A stretch of 64,000 bases of DNA from Dicyema japonicum (taxonomy: Eukaryota > Animalia > Dicyemida). This document shows positions 1-13,088 of the stretch, piece after piece; position 1 is the first letter of the stretch, and each line of letters begins with the position of its first letter. Under the pieces are notes generated by a model, which was given only the letters and a program-made list of their open reading frames with translations, did not search any database and was not told where the DNA came from. Location of the stretch: the NCBI GenBank assembly GCA_011109175.1, contig RDEW01000012.1, positions 14,525 through 78,524 on the forward strand. The letters are read 5' to 3'. A program made the position numbers and the translations under genes.

Positions 1-504
1 AAACAAGTTGGCGCCAACAGAATCGGACATTTGACTACACATCTGTACTCTTACTGACTTCTTAGAAGACCTATTCTCTTGTGTTGATACACCTTCAATT
101 TCTCCCCGCGACAGATACATAGTGGGGAAAAGTCATGGCAACCCCAAGTAAATGTGATTAGTCTTTCTACAATAAAATAATCTTTCCCATAAATTAAAAA
201 AGTTGTTTATGTAAAATAAAACGATATATCAAGCAAATTGCTTTTTGTCGCATCCCATCGTGTCCGGCCGTGCCATCATGTCCAGCCAAAGTCTATAAAT
301 TAAACATCCCACAACCGACGTTTAAACAATTTTCTCGACTTGTATGTAAACTACACGAATATCGTCAGAAAAAAATGCTGTTACATTGAGAGTAAAAAAT
401 TATCCAAAAGGTAGCAGTAGGCATTATTGACCTTAAACTTCTGTACTCAGGACGTCTCGCATTATTGACCATAACGAAAACAAAACAAATTTATTCTCAA
501 ACCG

Positions 505-531
505 ATTAGGAGTTAGGTTAAGGGTTTTAGC
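505..531 (+). repeat. Short degenerate TTAGG(G)-like tract
   Basis: ttaggagttaggttaagggttttag. Confidence 0.4.
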
Positions 532-1505
532 TAGTCCGTCTACGCGGCTTGGACACTTCCGATGCACCCCATCTCCATTTAGTCTCGTTCTTGCGTCGGA
601 TCCCTCGAATCATCTTCTCCACAATGTGCTTCACCGTGGCAAGAATCCTGTCTTCTTCTGTAGGACGTCACGCAGTCTTCTGCCCAAAGCTAACTTTACT
701 GCTGATCACCTCTATTTTTCAAGAATTGACATTATTCTTTCCCTCTGTTTTATTGACCATAAATTATTTTATGGTGGTTATTAACTTTTCTGATAATATA
801 ATATGACCCATACCGAGAAATCGAATCCTATGGGTCTTCCTGCAAATTCAAATAAAGATAGTATAGTAGAAGCAGGACCGTCGTCTGTGGGGCTGGATGA
901 CACAATAACTAATATCAACATCGTTTGGAATATTGTTGCCAAAACCAACTTGCATTCACTATCTGCCATTATCGAAGAGGTTCACTGTGTTTCTGAAGCT
1001 GAGTGGGTATCTCAAAGAGAGCACGAGCACCAGAGCTGTGATACGTTGCAGCTCAAGCATGTTTATGAGGTCTTTGCGCGGAATCTCGCTGCAGCGGCAG
1101 ATGTCCCACTTGAGGACCGTAGATTTACCCGCAAGATCCCTCATCGTAAGGTTAACGGAGTAGTGTTAACCTGTATCAATAAGGCTGTGGCTTATGCGGT
1201 GGAGGCTAAGCAAATAGGGTCACTGGGTGACATCTCCATAGTGCTGTATGCGGCACAGATCACCTATGAGGAATTGACGGACAAGCCCAGACCACCCAGT
1301 AAATGGAACGAGCAGATCAGTGCCAAGATTGCTTGGAGGCAGACTGAGCTGGATGCACTGGAGGGGCACATAAGTAGTGTGGCGAGAGGGGTTAGAGGAA
1401 AAGCACCGCCTATAGTAAAGGGGCTAATTAGTAAACTTCGTGTTCCCAAATGGGACCTCAAAGAGTTGAGAAGAACAAAGGTGGAGTTAGAGGGGGCAAT
1501 AATGG

Positions 1506-2470
1506 TGTATAAGAGGGAACTCTATACACATGAAAGTCGGTGTAAGAGAAGGAGAGAAAATAATCTGTTTAATCGAAGATTGTTTTACCGTCGCCTACAC
1601 GAAAATGGCCATAGTGTATGTTCCCAGCACTACGCGGAAATGCTTTCCACATGGGGTAGTATATGGGAGGCTAAACCACGCAGAGGAAATGCGTGGAGTG
1701 TCCCGTACAGTACCGCTCCTTTCTTGGCGGAATCTTGCGGAATTTTCGATTACCGCAAGAAATTTGAGGTAGTAGTGAAACATCTCCCTGATTGGAAAAC
1801 GACCGGGGTCGATAAAGTCAAACGATGCACTACAATCATGGAATTTTATCTGGTCCGCTTGAGTAGGTTAGTTTTTGAGATTTAATTGCATTTTCAACAT
1901 CCACTGGTGAAAACGATATTTGAANTGGTGTATAAGAGGAAACTCTATACACATGAAAGTCGGTGTAAGAGGAGAGAAAATAATCTGTTTGAGTTTAATC
2001 GCAGATTGTTTTACAGTCGCCTACACGAAAATGGCCATAGTGCATGTTCCGGCAGGACGCGGAAATGATTTCCACATGGGGTAGTATGTAGGAGGATAGT
2101 CCACGCAGAGGAAATGCGTGGAATGTCCCATACAGAGCCGCTCCTTTCTTGGCGGAATCTTGCAATATTNGGCTGTAGGCAAAGAGGGTACTGGTCTAAA
2201 GGGGCGGGGACCAGGTGACAACAACTAGTGTATGTGCCCAGCAGGACGCAGAAATGTGTTCCACATGGGGTAGTATGTGGGACGCTAAACCACGCGGAGG
2301 AAATGCGTGAATGTCTTGTACAGCGCCGCTCCTTTCTTGGCGGAATACTGCGGAATTTTCGATTTTCTAAAAAATTTCGAGGTGGTAATGAGACATTTCC
2401 CTGATTGAAAAACGACCGAGGTCGATAGAGTTTATAATTTCTTTATCAAAAGATGCATTTCATTTCACGA
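1506..2470 (+). repeat. Partial tandem triplication inside the retroelement
   Basis: The block gtgtataagaggg/aaactctatacacatgaaagtcgg occurs at ~1506 and ~1928. The block ttccacatggggtagtat...ccgctcctttcttggcggaat occurs at ~1645, ~2070 and ~2260. Confidence 0.85.
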
Positions 2471-2481
2471 GTCTATGTGTC

Positions 2482-3951
2482 GTGTATTACAGAAAAGCAT
2501 CACTAACCCGTATCCGATTCCTAATTGGGCATGCACAGGGACAACTTTTTTTGATTCCAAATCTGGACAACCCCAAGTCTGCTGCAGATTATCGACCTAT
2601 AACCTGCATACCAACCCTGTATAAACTGATGACCAAATTGGTGGCTAATGAGGTCAGGAGCTTTGTAGAAGCAAATGGGATTCTATCCGAGAATCACTTG
2701 GGTACTGTGCGAGATTGTCAGGGGGCAAAAAAGCAGGCTTTGATCAACAAGTGCCTTTCTGTGTCTCACGGAAACTCACTTTCGTCTATGTGGGTGGATG
2801 TGAAGAAGGCTTACGATTCAGTTGATCATTCTTACCTTGTCAAGTGCTTACACAGTTTGTGTATGCCTGTGTGGTTCATCAGCTTTGTAGTGGCTGTGAT
2901 GAATAGGTGGAGTATTCATCTGAACTATAATAGGCACCGGATAGGCGAGGTAAAACTCAAGAGGGGGATCCTTCAGGGGGATAGCATGTCTCCGCTACTC
3001 TTTGTTCTCTGTTTGGAGCCATTGAGTCGCCGCCTCAATGACCGGTTTGAGCAAATACCAGTTCATTGTGAAGGGGTCTGTTTCAGTACAAATCACCTTC
3101 TTTTTATCGATGACTTGAAGATGTATGCTCGAACAGCCGAGGAGCTCTACTCCATGGGGGTCTGTGCCAGGGAATTCTTTGAGAGTATAGGGCTAGATTT
3201 GAATTATTCAAAGTCTGCGACTAACACGCAAGTATGTAGCGAGTTAGTAAGAGTCCTAGAGGAACACGAAGGATATAAGTATCTGGGTGTTACCGAATCT
3301 CCAAAGTCCCTTATAATGCCTGAGACAAAGCGACAAATTACTGAAGGCATCCGTAAAAGAGCAGCGTTATTGTGTAAGACGTCTCTAAATGCAAGGAATT
3401 TGTTCCTAGCATTAAATGAGTATGCTGTCTCGCTGCTAAACTACTACATAGGTGTTGTGGAGTTTGAGCCCAAAGAGTATGATGAGATGAATGTTATGAT
3501 CCGTGGAGTACTGAGAGAGAAAATTGTCCATGTGCTGGCAGCCAATAAGGAGAGACTATATTTACTCCGTGATAAATTCGGCCGTGGACTGTGTGGAGTA
3601 GTCCAACTAAGTGAGCGTATCCTAATGCGAATGCACGACCTCCTGATAGTTGGGTCAAGTGTGTCTGCTAGGAGGCACGCCATAATAACGACCGAGAAAA
3701 CACGGGCAACCCACCTAGGCACTATCAGACCTTTTTTGTCTGCTAAGTATGGTGTTGATGATGGTGGGCTAGTAAATGTGAAGGCGTTGATCGAATTACA
3801 ATATAATAATTTGATGGAAAAGATCAACTTAAAAAGCCTTCATAAGGTACTCTTCAGAGCATTGGACAACCCACATGTCTACCTTAAGTCGTCGACAATA
3901 TGGCTAAAATACGGTGACAACTCACCTCGATCGGAGGCGTTGTACACGTAA
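2482..3951 (+). pseudogene. Reverse transcriptase domain of the NeSL/R4-like element (premature stop at 3951, RLE domain continues in frame at 3952)
   Basis: RT motifs as above. The in-frame TAA at 3949-3951 is a sense codon in the second copy (LYTYMQDRN). Confidence 0.9.
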
Positions 3952-5968
3952 ATGCAAGACCGTAATATTTTTTGTAATCGATCAACAAATACATGTCCCC
4001 ACTGTAAGTTAAGGAGCATGTCGGTTGATCATTTAGCCACTCGATGTGGATCCATGCTCTGCCTCGACTATGTGTGGAAGCATAACGAGGTAGTAAGGAG
4101 TCTTCATCTTCTACTATGCTATAAGTATTGTATTCTCCACACCAGAAAGTTGCGGACTCATAAGGTGCAATCTGTAGTAGAGAACACCAGCGTCCAAATT
4201 AAGATAGACAGTGTTATCCGTACCTCGGTGCTAGTCAAGGACAATAAACCGGACATTGTGGTACACGATAAGGAGTCTTGCCAAGTCCTTATCATAGAAG
4301 TTGGCATCACGTATCAAGACCGTTTGCATAGTGTGCAGGTGGAGACAAAAAGGAAGTATGACTTTCTTGCAAATGAGATGGGCCAGATGCTTGGTTGCAA
4401 GGTCCTCGTTTATTCCTATAGTAATGACGTGGGAAGGAATTGCAACAAAGTACCACAAGGGTTATCTGAATAGTTGAAAGTAGATAGAAGCTCCAGGCCT
4501 ATCTACAGACCACTGTGTTAAAGCGGACCCTAGAGAGCCTGACACTGGAGTATACGAGGCAGAGCCCTGAGATGCCATATGGGCAGAGGGTTCAATTAGA
4601 AAGGGCGCTCTCGAAGTTGTTTCAGTAACCAGAATCGAACCTGCCTCAGGAGGCTGGCGAAGAAGGTTGTTGATTAAATATATTAACTTTTTTTATTGTT
4701 TGTTAAATAAAGTGCGATTTCGATTTATATTTATTTTAAAAACTTCACATAAATTTCTCATATTGAATGATACTATTCCATTATTATTGGCTCTATTGTC
4801 ATATCGAATGAGAAATGATATCACAACGAGCAACTTAATTTGGCTATTTGTTTTTCTGTATCCCAGAAAACGCATGTTGAGATGTAACAAACAACAACTA
4901 CTATTAAAATGAATTAAGTTTTTATAGTGTTTGGCAATAAAGATAGAATATTAATGACAGATTTTTTAAGCTTTCGATTAAAAAATCTTTTGCTAAATTG
5001 TAGTTTTATTATTAATTTTGAAACCACAAAATTTATTAATAAACACAAACAGTTAACCACTACTGTCTGCTCCCAGCATTAAGAACATATTTCCCCAACG
5101 ATCTGTAAGGTTAATGAGCCAGCTCCTTTCGCTCATCCTTTTTCCATCTTGCAATAAGTTTATTATTAAAACTCTAACCTTAATTAAATTTCAAATAAAG
5201 TAATTGGAGACTCAAATAAATTTAACATAAAATCACACTATCAAATTTCTTAATATATTTTTATTAAAGTTTTTTTAAGACTTGAGGCCTAGTGGCTTCT
5301 ATTTTTAGTCTTCGTTGTCATCACGAGAGCCTATGATTCATTATTTATATTAACGGGACTATTTGACAAATTATTTAAACATCTTTTAATAAAGATTATA
5401 ATTTTTTAATAAAAAAATTTTAATTTAAAAAAAACTACGACCATTCGACTCATTATTATGCAAGTCAGTGCCGCTACGTCCATTATGTCGACGGGGACTA
5501 TTTGACTAATAATTTAAATTCTATGGGCGCCACCTATACGGGTGGATTACATGACGCCATTCTAATAGGAGGTAAAACGGATGAACAACAAAAGAATCAG
5601 AAAAATTCAACCAATTAGGCACAAGTAGAACCATAAGTATTCATATGCTTATGGGTAACGTGTGAGTGGATTTAACTGACTAATAAATTTTCAATATTCG
5701 GATGTTTGTAAGCCAGACCCCTTATTGAATAGAGGCATAAGACCACTTCAACAAAATTTATTTCTAACATCGGACAGGTGAAACATAGAAATTATATTTT
5801 TTTCACGTTGCTTTAATAACAATAATTTTTGTAGTCCAAGTTGATGTCTTCTTTTTACAATGTCCAAACGACTTTTAGTTTAGACACTTCCACCGGTTAT
5901 CACGGCTTGCGTTTAAATTAATGAATGATGCAGCAATCGAAAGAACGGAAATTTTCGATCCTTTAAAA

Positions 5969-6175
5969 TCAAGAATTTTTTGAATNCTTGTCTTTTTTAT
6001 CCTTTACAATTCCATGTTTATACCTTCTATTGATTACGTAGTCTTCGCAATCAATTTGCTGAACAAGTTGTTGTTCAATTATATCAATTTTCACTAATGT
6101 TCGTCTAATGTCATCGACTTTTCCGACATATTCACTTTTGATAGAAAATATCCTGTTCTGGGCCTCGCTTATCAA
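5969..6175 (-). other. Possible exon of an unidentified coiled-coil gene, or a remnant
   Basis: 68-aa heptad-like ORF containing an n. No recognisable motif and the gene model could not be resolved. Confidence 0.25.
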
Positions 6176-7092
6176 TCTAATACATTTTGTCTTTTTTTAT
6201 ATTTAATGATTTCTGTTTCTGAGTGCTGCTTGTGTAACGAAAAAACCGAGAACATGACACTGAGCAGAATTTCAACAAAAAATTTGTTTGGAATTGGCCG
6301 ATTTTAGAAACTTATTAGTTGTATGTAATTATAAACAAAAAACTGTCAATCAATTGGTCACTCAGGCGGAAAAATGCTATCATGTTCACAGGATGAATCC
6401 ATTTTCATCACTAGGAAAAGTATAGAATCTTAAAATCAAAAGTTGAAGGACATTGAGAGTAGTGTCGGATGGAAATTTATTTACTCCTGATTGCATAAGT
6501 GAATATGATATTATCAGATGAGATAAAATTCCAGAAAATCTCGTGTCGATAGCTACGGAATTTTAAGTTTACATTGAGTTTTTCATCGTCTGGTGAACTT
6601 AATGAAACTTAATGTATCTATATTCATACTGTGGTTAAAAATTAAGTTGACCTATCCGCGGGTTATCGAAGAAATTGAACAGATTGTAGCTTTGTAGGAC
6701 TTTCTGAAATTATAAGGTTACAATTATTGACTTTGTGAAATAATAAGCTGATCTGTTACACCAATTCTAACGCATCACGTATAAAATTTTTTATTTGAAC
6801 TTGGTTTTTCGATCTTAATTGGTTAGTATAAATTAAGGTTATTTTTGGATATCTCTGATGTTACAAAGAAATCATGTCACAATAATCACAAAAAAAACAA
6901 GTCACGAACACATTCAATGTCATACGCCTTGAATTAATTAACACTAATTTACCCATTCAGCAACCCTAAATGCTGAAAAAGTTAAACTTTCACCTATAAT
7001 CACAAGATACAGACTTTGTCAAGTAAAACTTAAGATACTCCACAAACTTGTTTCCCCCAAACAATAAAGCTATTGAGAATAAATTAAAAACA

Positions 7093-10000
7093 TCAATCAT
7101 AATCCTGAATAGAATCCTCAATAAGTGACTGATCAATCTTAAAATCCCTCGACTTTGAGATCTTCATTCCCTTCAACAAGTCAATCTACGAGTAATTAAT
7201 CCATAACTTTTGATTTCACAGACAAACTCAGTAATTGTCGCTCGAAATTCTCGATCGAGTAGACAAGCTTTGGCATAAGCTTAGACTCATGACAGTCCTT
7301 AGCTAAATAATCAGGACGACTAGACTCCCCATCCACCTTCAATTTACGCTTCTTTGAGGACACAGTCCCAATCCGTTCACTCTCAAAAGCCAAAAATGAC
7401 CGAATCACCGAACCTGGACATAGGTAATCATAAGATAGACACGTGGGGTGAAATTATGAGACAGAGCTGTGAGAAACCTACAAAACCTGTCGCTCATAAT
7501 ATCACTACTATTATCCCCAATACAGAGCACAGCCTAAACAGTTATAGAGCAAAGTCAAACATGTTGGACAATATCCGAGGACAATGAGTACATTCTCGTA
7601 ATAATTCGTAGAAATGAAGACAAATGGAGAGACGAAGGCATAGCAATCTGCACGAGGTCGTACATGAGGGACAGAATAGAACCGAAATTGTAAGACAAAT
7701 TTGCTAGTAAAAGAGAAACTGGTGGTGTTTAGACAACTCAACCTACTGAGGATAGATTGGCATGTTCCGAACGAAGAACAGAATAGAGCCAATGGATTTC
7801 GTCCAATTCCAAGCCAATACACCGAAGAAGACTGTTTAGAGTCACAGAAGCTGAAGAACAATCACAGACGATCCCAAACTTGTCCCCAACTTCTGGGACA
7901 TTCACGGACAAAGTAATAATAAACCCCAACTTTATCAATATCTCCGTAAAAGGAATGCAAATGGGAAGCATCTCTCCCATCAGACTATAACACCTGGGTC
8001 TGTCGAGCACATAGAAAATAGAGGATCAAAAACTCACGAAGAAGTTTCAAGTCGCCTAAATTGTTAATATAATCAGACTAAAAGTGTACTGCGATGAAAT
8101 ACGAGAGAACCATTCAGTCATCTGAGAAACTGTGTCGGAGCTGAGATTTGTGTGGAGGACCAGGTTCTTAATAAGGGAGAGGAGGGCTAGTAGTTCCCGC
8201 CAACTGCTTCTCCTGATCGATATTCCAGAGTGGTTACAAAAAGTCTCTAAAATGAGGCCACACGAAAACTTGAAAAGTGGAGACTAGCATATCATTCGAC
8301 TTGACCAGATCAGAACTCTCAAGAACGTCAACTAAACTTTCCACGAAATCCTTTGAGCTGAAATTAAAATTGTCGTAAATATAATTAAAAATAACAGCCA
8401 GACATTCAAAAGAAAGAACAATCAACTCAACCACATTTTCATTATCCCTAGTGTTCCTTACAGTGGAACATCCAACACAATATTTTAAGCAATATCTACA
8501 AAATTAGTAATTAATAACATAATCAGCTGTTATGGTAAGAGTAAGTAAATAACTATGAACAAAAGTCAGTTATCTGATGACAGTAATAATTGAACTATGT
8601 CCGCACATAAGGGCTACACGAATTATGAATCGTGAACGTGCTTATAATAATAAGTCTTTAGATAAGTGGTTGCTTACAAAATTGGGGAATCTACCAATAT
8701 TAGTGGAGGTTCACTTCAAGGTGTGGTGGAACTGCATCACTCATTAGTGATATTATATCACACAATATGCCTCGATAAAGTAAGAACAAATAGATTGCAA
8801 GCAAAATTATTTCCATAAATAGTAGAGGGATGGCTGATTGAGCGCATTTCCAATAGAATAATGCACTCTGTATTGTAAGCTGCGCTGTAAGTTTAATAAA
8901 TAAATGAATAGCACGATATGGGAAATAACCAATTATAACTAACAATATCACATAAAGTAATACAAACCTAGCCATTTCTAACAAATATGTATAGATTTGG
9001 TGTTTACAGTGAACGAACTCACTATTTACCCTCAAATCACCCAAACTGGTGGAGAAAGAGGATAACACATAATTGGCAAGTCGTATAGAGTTCAAATCAC
9101 TACCACTTGTATTAATACTATATTAAATACAACTTTAATTGTCTAGTAATAATCTCCATGCTCCCATCCAACGTTAAAAGTGGGTCACTTGTAAATTTGG
9201 AGGTTTTCTACCCAGTACTTTCTGTTGTGAGTTGAAGTAGTGGTTTTTAAAGTTTTGCTGCAGATCTAGTAGTTCGACCGCACTTTGAAGTGAACCTCCA
9301 CTAAAATTAGTAGATTCCCCAACTTTGTAAGCAACCACTCAATGAGGGTATCACAAGTCCTGCAAATAGAGAACACTATAATTGAGTCCTTCTTCATTAT
9401 CTTCCCGTCAGAATCCAGTGATTTCACCTGAGTAAACCATAAAGTCTACCAAATCAAAGTCCTCGGGGGTACATTTGAGCATTCGGATTACTATAGAGGA
9501 GATCATTTTCTCCAATTCAGAACAGCCAAAATCAGTGCCTTTCATATAATTTGTTACCACGACAGCACATTGCACGAGGACATCCTTTCAAATTCAAATA
9601 AAGTCAACTAATGGTTCGTTGGGAGGACATCATCTTCCGTAAGGTAATAAGCACAGCTAAAGTCCAACGGTGGTAACAACTCGGAGTCAGCCTCGTAGTA
9701 TTTTTCAAGCTAAATAACACCGAAATCACACCTGAGTCACCACCATGTTGTATACAAGTTCATCCACTACTTTGTTACTCCCAATCGCCAGCGGTAAGCC
9801 CTACCACTAAAATTGAGGTAAAACAGTATAAATTATCTTCTTGGTTACAACATCCTGTTTAATGGCTGTCCTCAAATAAGAAGAGATCTCCGAGTAGACA
9901 GCGTCGTAGAAAAGACTAGCTTGCTTACTCGTGATTTTAGCAGACTGCAAATAAGCATGAATCATACAGGGACAGTTAGAGTTAGATTGAATGAGCTACT

Positions 10001-11817
10001 GAACTGAGTCAATGATGCCACATTTGTGGGCAAATACCGAATTATATGAATATAACTCGTCACTGCAGCTCTTTGAGGAAGTATTGCTTAAATAAAAGTA
10101 AATTAAACTTTGAAATTAACAACTTTTTGAGGTTCTGGAACAAAATTGATCTCAACTCGTCAGTTTCCTTTAGAAGGGGGAGACAACAACGAACAATTTT
10201 TCCAATCAACTGATGAGAGAGTAAGGTCAAATTCTCAAAGAAAGGAGCAATGACATGAGCCCGCTTAATAACAGCCTCCAGGTTGTACTTTTGCATATAA
10301 TTGAGAATATCTATTTACATCAACCAAGACCACCAATGTGGAGTCGACTGGCCTTGTTTTCGCAAGGAATAATATTCTGACAAACATTTTCGATAATAAA
10401 CGACCTGAGGTCTTCATTGTTAATCTAAATCAGTGAAACAGGCTAAACCGTAAACATCTTGAGCATAACAACCATACACGTCCGAATTATTACCTTCTGA
10501 ACTCCCTCTACTTCTCCGAAAGCAATGGTGCCCAATTCTGAACAATTTTCACGATCTCCTCAGAAATATTCGCATAAAAGTAGTCGCTTTAATATAAAGC
10601 AACATACCTTCGTTCAGCCAAATGTATCAGCAATTTTTCTATGCTAATCTGAGAAGGAAGTATTTTACTTAGCCAATAACAGCACGAGGCTCTGTGAGAA
10701 CTCCGGATAACTCCAACAATGGACTGAGCAATAACTGTGGTCAAACTCTCTTCTCTAAAGATCAGTCTCTTTGCTAGATATAGATAGAAAGCCAAGGAGA
10801 AGGAGCACAGCAGAGATTCATCGAATGTCGGTAGAGACTATAATCGGATATCATAAAACTTTGATATTCCTGAGAAAGGCTCGAATTACATCCTCCTTGA
10901 GTAGATTGAACCTTGTAACAAGAATTTCCATGCATTCATACATTCTGTCTTTAGTGGAATCGTCCTGAAATTTAGAGTTCAGTTGTTTGATCAGAGTTTT
11001 AAGCAGAAATATTAAGTTATTCTAAAATTAAGAGATAAGCACAGTACTGTGGTGGGGAGCTTCAGAACTAGCACGATGTATCTGCAGAGGTCAACTGAAT
11101 GAACATTTTCTGACAGATTGAGGGACTTTTCAATAATTTGGGGAAATGATCTCCGGAAATGTTTAATTTGTGAAAAATATTCAAAATCTGAAAAAGATTG
11201 TGGGAATCAAGTCTGAATTTCTCTATGAACATACTTTGTTATCAATTCTTCTACAAAAAATGAAGGACATTTAACGGTTGATTTGTTGGAGTTATCTTTG
11301 ATAATCTTCATCAGTAAAAAGTAGTAATCAGCAGGAAAGAACTCAAAACTAAATATGTATATAGATACAATTACTCGTTTTCCTGAGTTAATAATAAATC
11401 CCACAACAGGTCCTTGATTTCATGTTCAAAGTCTTCTGGTAGCAATTTAACCTATTTTAGGATCAAAAATGTACATTTCGTTCCAAAAATCCTACCAAAG
11501 TGGAAATTTGGTCAGAGAACTCTCCCACTTTAAGTAAGTTAATGCTGATCTTGTAAACTGTAAAAACGAATAGAACATCAATTTCGGAGATCACTGCTTT
11601 ATTATGTATATTTACTTGGCGTGAATTTGAGAATAAATTTGTTGAAGGTGCTTATTTTGAATTTTTTCATTAGATTTTCAATCTAAATTATTTTTGATTT
11701 TACTTCTTCTGGGTAAATATCTTCAATAGTCTGATCATATCCCTCTTCGTTGCAAAATTGGTTAATTTCACAGATCAATTCGAATTCTAATTCATCTTTA
11801 TCACAAGAAATCACCAT
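7093..11817 (-). CDS. FANCI: Fanconi anemia group I protein, multi-exon with miniature introns (outer bounds; internal model partly traced)
   Basis: C-terminus HESKLMPKLVYSIENFERQLLSLSVKSK / 22-nt intron 7186-7207 / IDLLKGMKISKSRDFKI matches the FANCI C-terminal signature. Also RIITRMYSL...SHNFTPRVYLMITYVQ and TCDTLIEWLLT (23-nt intron 9301-9323). ATG at 11817, stop at 7093-7095. Confidence 0.88.
8665..9339. repeat. 69-bp inverted repeat pair inside FANCI (8665-8733 and 9271-9339)
   Basis: Manual comparison gives 63/69 identity in opposite orientation. The right arm is FANCI exon-intron-exon sequence. Confidence 0.9.
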
Positions 11818-12039
11818 AAATTGCCGCCAAAAATTAAATATTAAAATTATTATATATTTTTTTTAATAATATTAAAATATTTTTATATTAATAAGTTAAT
11901 ATCATGGTCATCTTTTCTAAATATTAATAATAAAATCAACATTATTATAATTTTTAACAATGCATATGTAGATCACCAATTTTGTAAGTATTAGTAAACT
12001 CCGGAGGGCACATAAAGTTATCCAAAAAGAGCTATTAAA

Positions 12040-12400
12040 CATTTACTTCCGAGTATACTGTCTCCCAAGCTGCACGCAGCTACCTGGCGAAACTCAAAGC
12101 CCACCGCAAGAAATGGACCACGGTTCTACAACTAAACGTCAATGGAATAAGGGACAAATGTTAGAATTGTGCTCTTTCCTGGGCGAGCTGAATATCACGT
12201 GGTTTTGATTAAATAGACGGAATTTTTATTAAACAGTTCTATCCCGCTGTTTCCTGGATACAAGTCAATTCGGACTAACCGGAAGAAAAAGCGGGGTGGT
12301 GGCCAACTCATTTTATTCGAAAAGACCTTAAATATGTGGACATCACTTCAATGTTAAAGAATATCTTGTAGTACGACGATGTTACTAAAATCAACAGCTT
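12040..12400 (+). mobile_element. Degenerate I-group LINE fragment (start of APE endonuclease)
   Basis: WTTVLQLNVNGIRDK-like motif, followed by a GGG-L-FIRK-like motif, with stops and frameshifts. Confidence 0.6.
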
Positions 12401-12618
12401 GGCGGAAATATTGACTTGGTCCGTCAATTACAGCTTAAGAAGTGACCACAATTCACATGTCATTCTCTCTCATGTTGTAAATGTTATAACTAGGCCGATT
12501 TTTGTCAATCAAATCAAAAATTCATGTTCTTTAAATTGTTTAAAACTTATAAAAATGTGATTTTTAATTCAAAATGTTATATAAATCAAAAGTTATAGTC
12601 AAAAAATCAAAATTTTGT

Positions 12619-12900
12619 GGAATAATAATAATAACACCAGAGACCATGATTACAAAAATTAACTAATCACGTAATCCCAGCAAGCACAAGTAGGGACCTT
12701 ATTTTGTCCCGATGCTCCCTCGACTCCACACAAGCACGTATCGGTCGAGTGACTGGACCTTCGCAGTCATGACGGCGCGTTCCATGGTTCATTCGTATCT
12801 AGGCTTCAAGTAGGAACGGTGGCTAGAACTCTCCAGAAATCCAGCGTTCCGTGATTTTGGATGCTCTTTTCCGGCTAGCCTTGATTTTCAAAACATTCGT
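12619..12900 (-). mobile_element. 3' end of an I-group LINE with (TTA)n tail
   Basis: The minus strand ends gggattacgtgattag...ggtctctggtg ttattattattatt. Similar ends occur at ~34500 and ~41810. Confidence 0.5.
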
Positions 12901-13088
12901 CCAAGAGATGAGTGGGCCCATATACGACATGGATAAGAGATAAATGGTTCAATAAATTGTTTATGTACAGTGCTCAGAACAGAATGCTTTTCGATCTTCC
13001 ATAAGCCTGTGAGGCATTTCAGAACATTAGTTTTCGTTTCGCATTGTCAAAAAAGGTAAAAATTTAATTTTTAAGTCAATAAAGTCAA

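Larger units (their letters stand above)
803..4710 (+). mobile_element. Non-LTR retrotransposon with restriction-like endonuclease (NeSL/R4-like), degraded near-full-length copy
   Basis: N-terminal ORF 803-1885. RT ORF 2482-3951 has YRPITC, DVKKAYDSV, GILQGDSMSP, LFIDD and YKYLG. ORF 3952-4473 has a CCHC knuckle (CPHC...HLATRC) and RLE motifs RHNEV-like, KPDIVV and IIEVG. The 3' end is shared with the copy near 62.5 kb. Confidence 0.9.

Noticed and set aside
5340-5520. Short direct repeats gggactatttgac (and ccatc(g/a)tgtcc(g/a)gcc near 255-290)
   Set aside because: Only two units each, with no spacer regularity. Not CRISPR-like; probably subterminal repeats of decayed DNA transposons.
8700-9095. 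Hydrophobic ORF resembling GPCR TM6-7, or a MITE bounded by inverted repeats
   Set aside because: The ORF aligns collinearly with FANCI helical repeats, one repeat arm is FANCI exon sequence, and there is no TSD.
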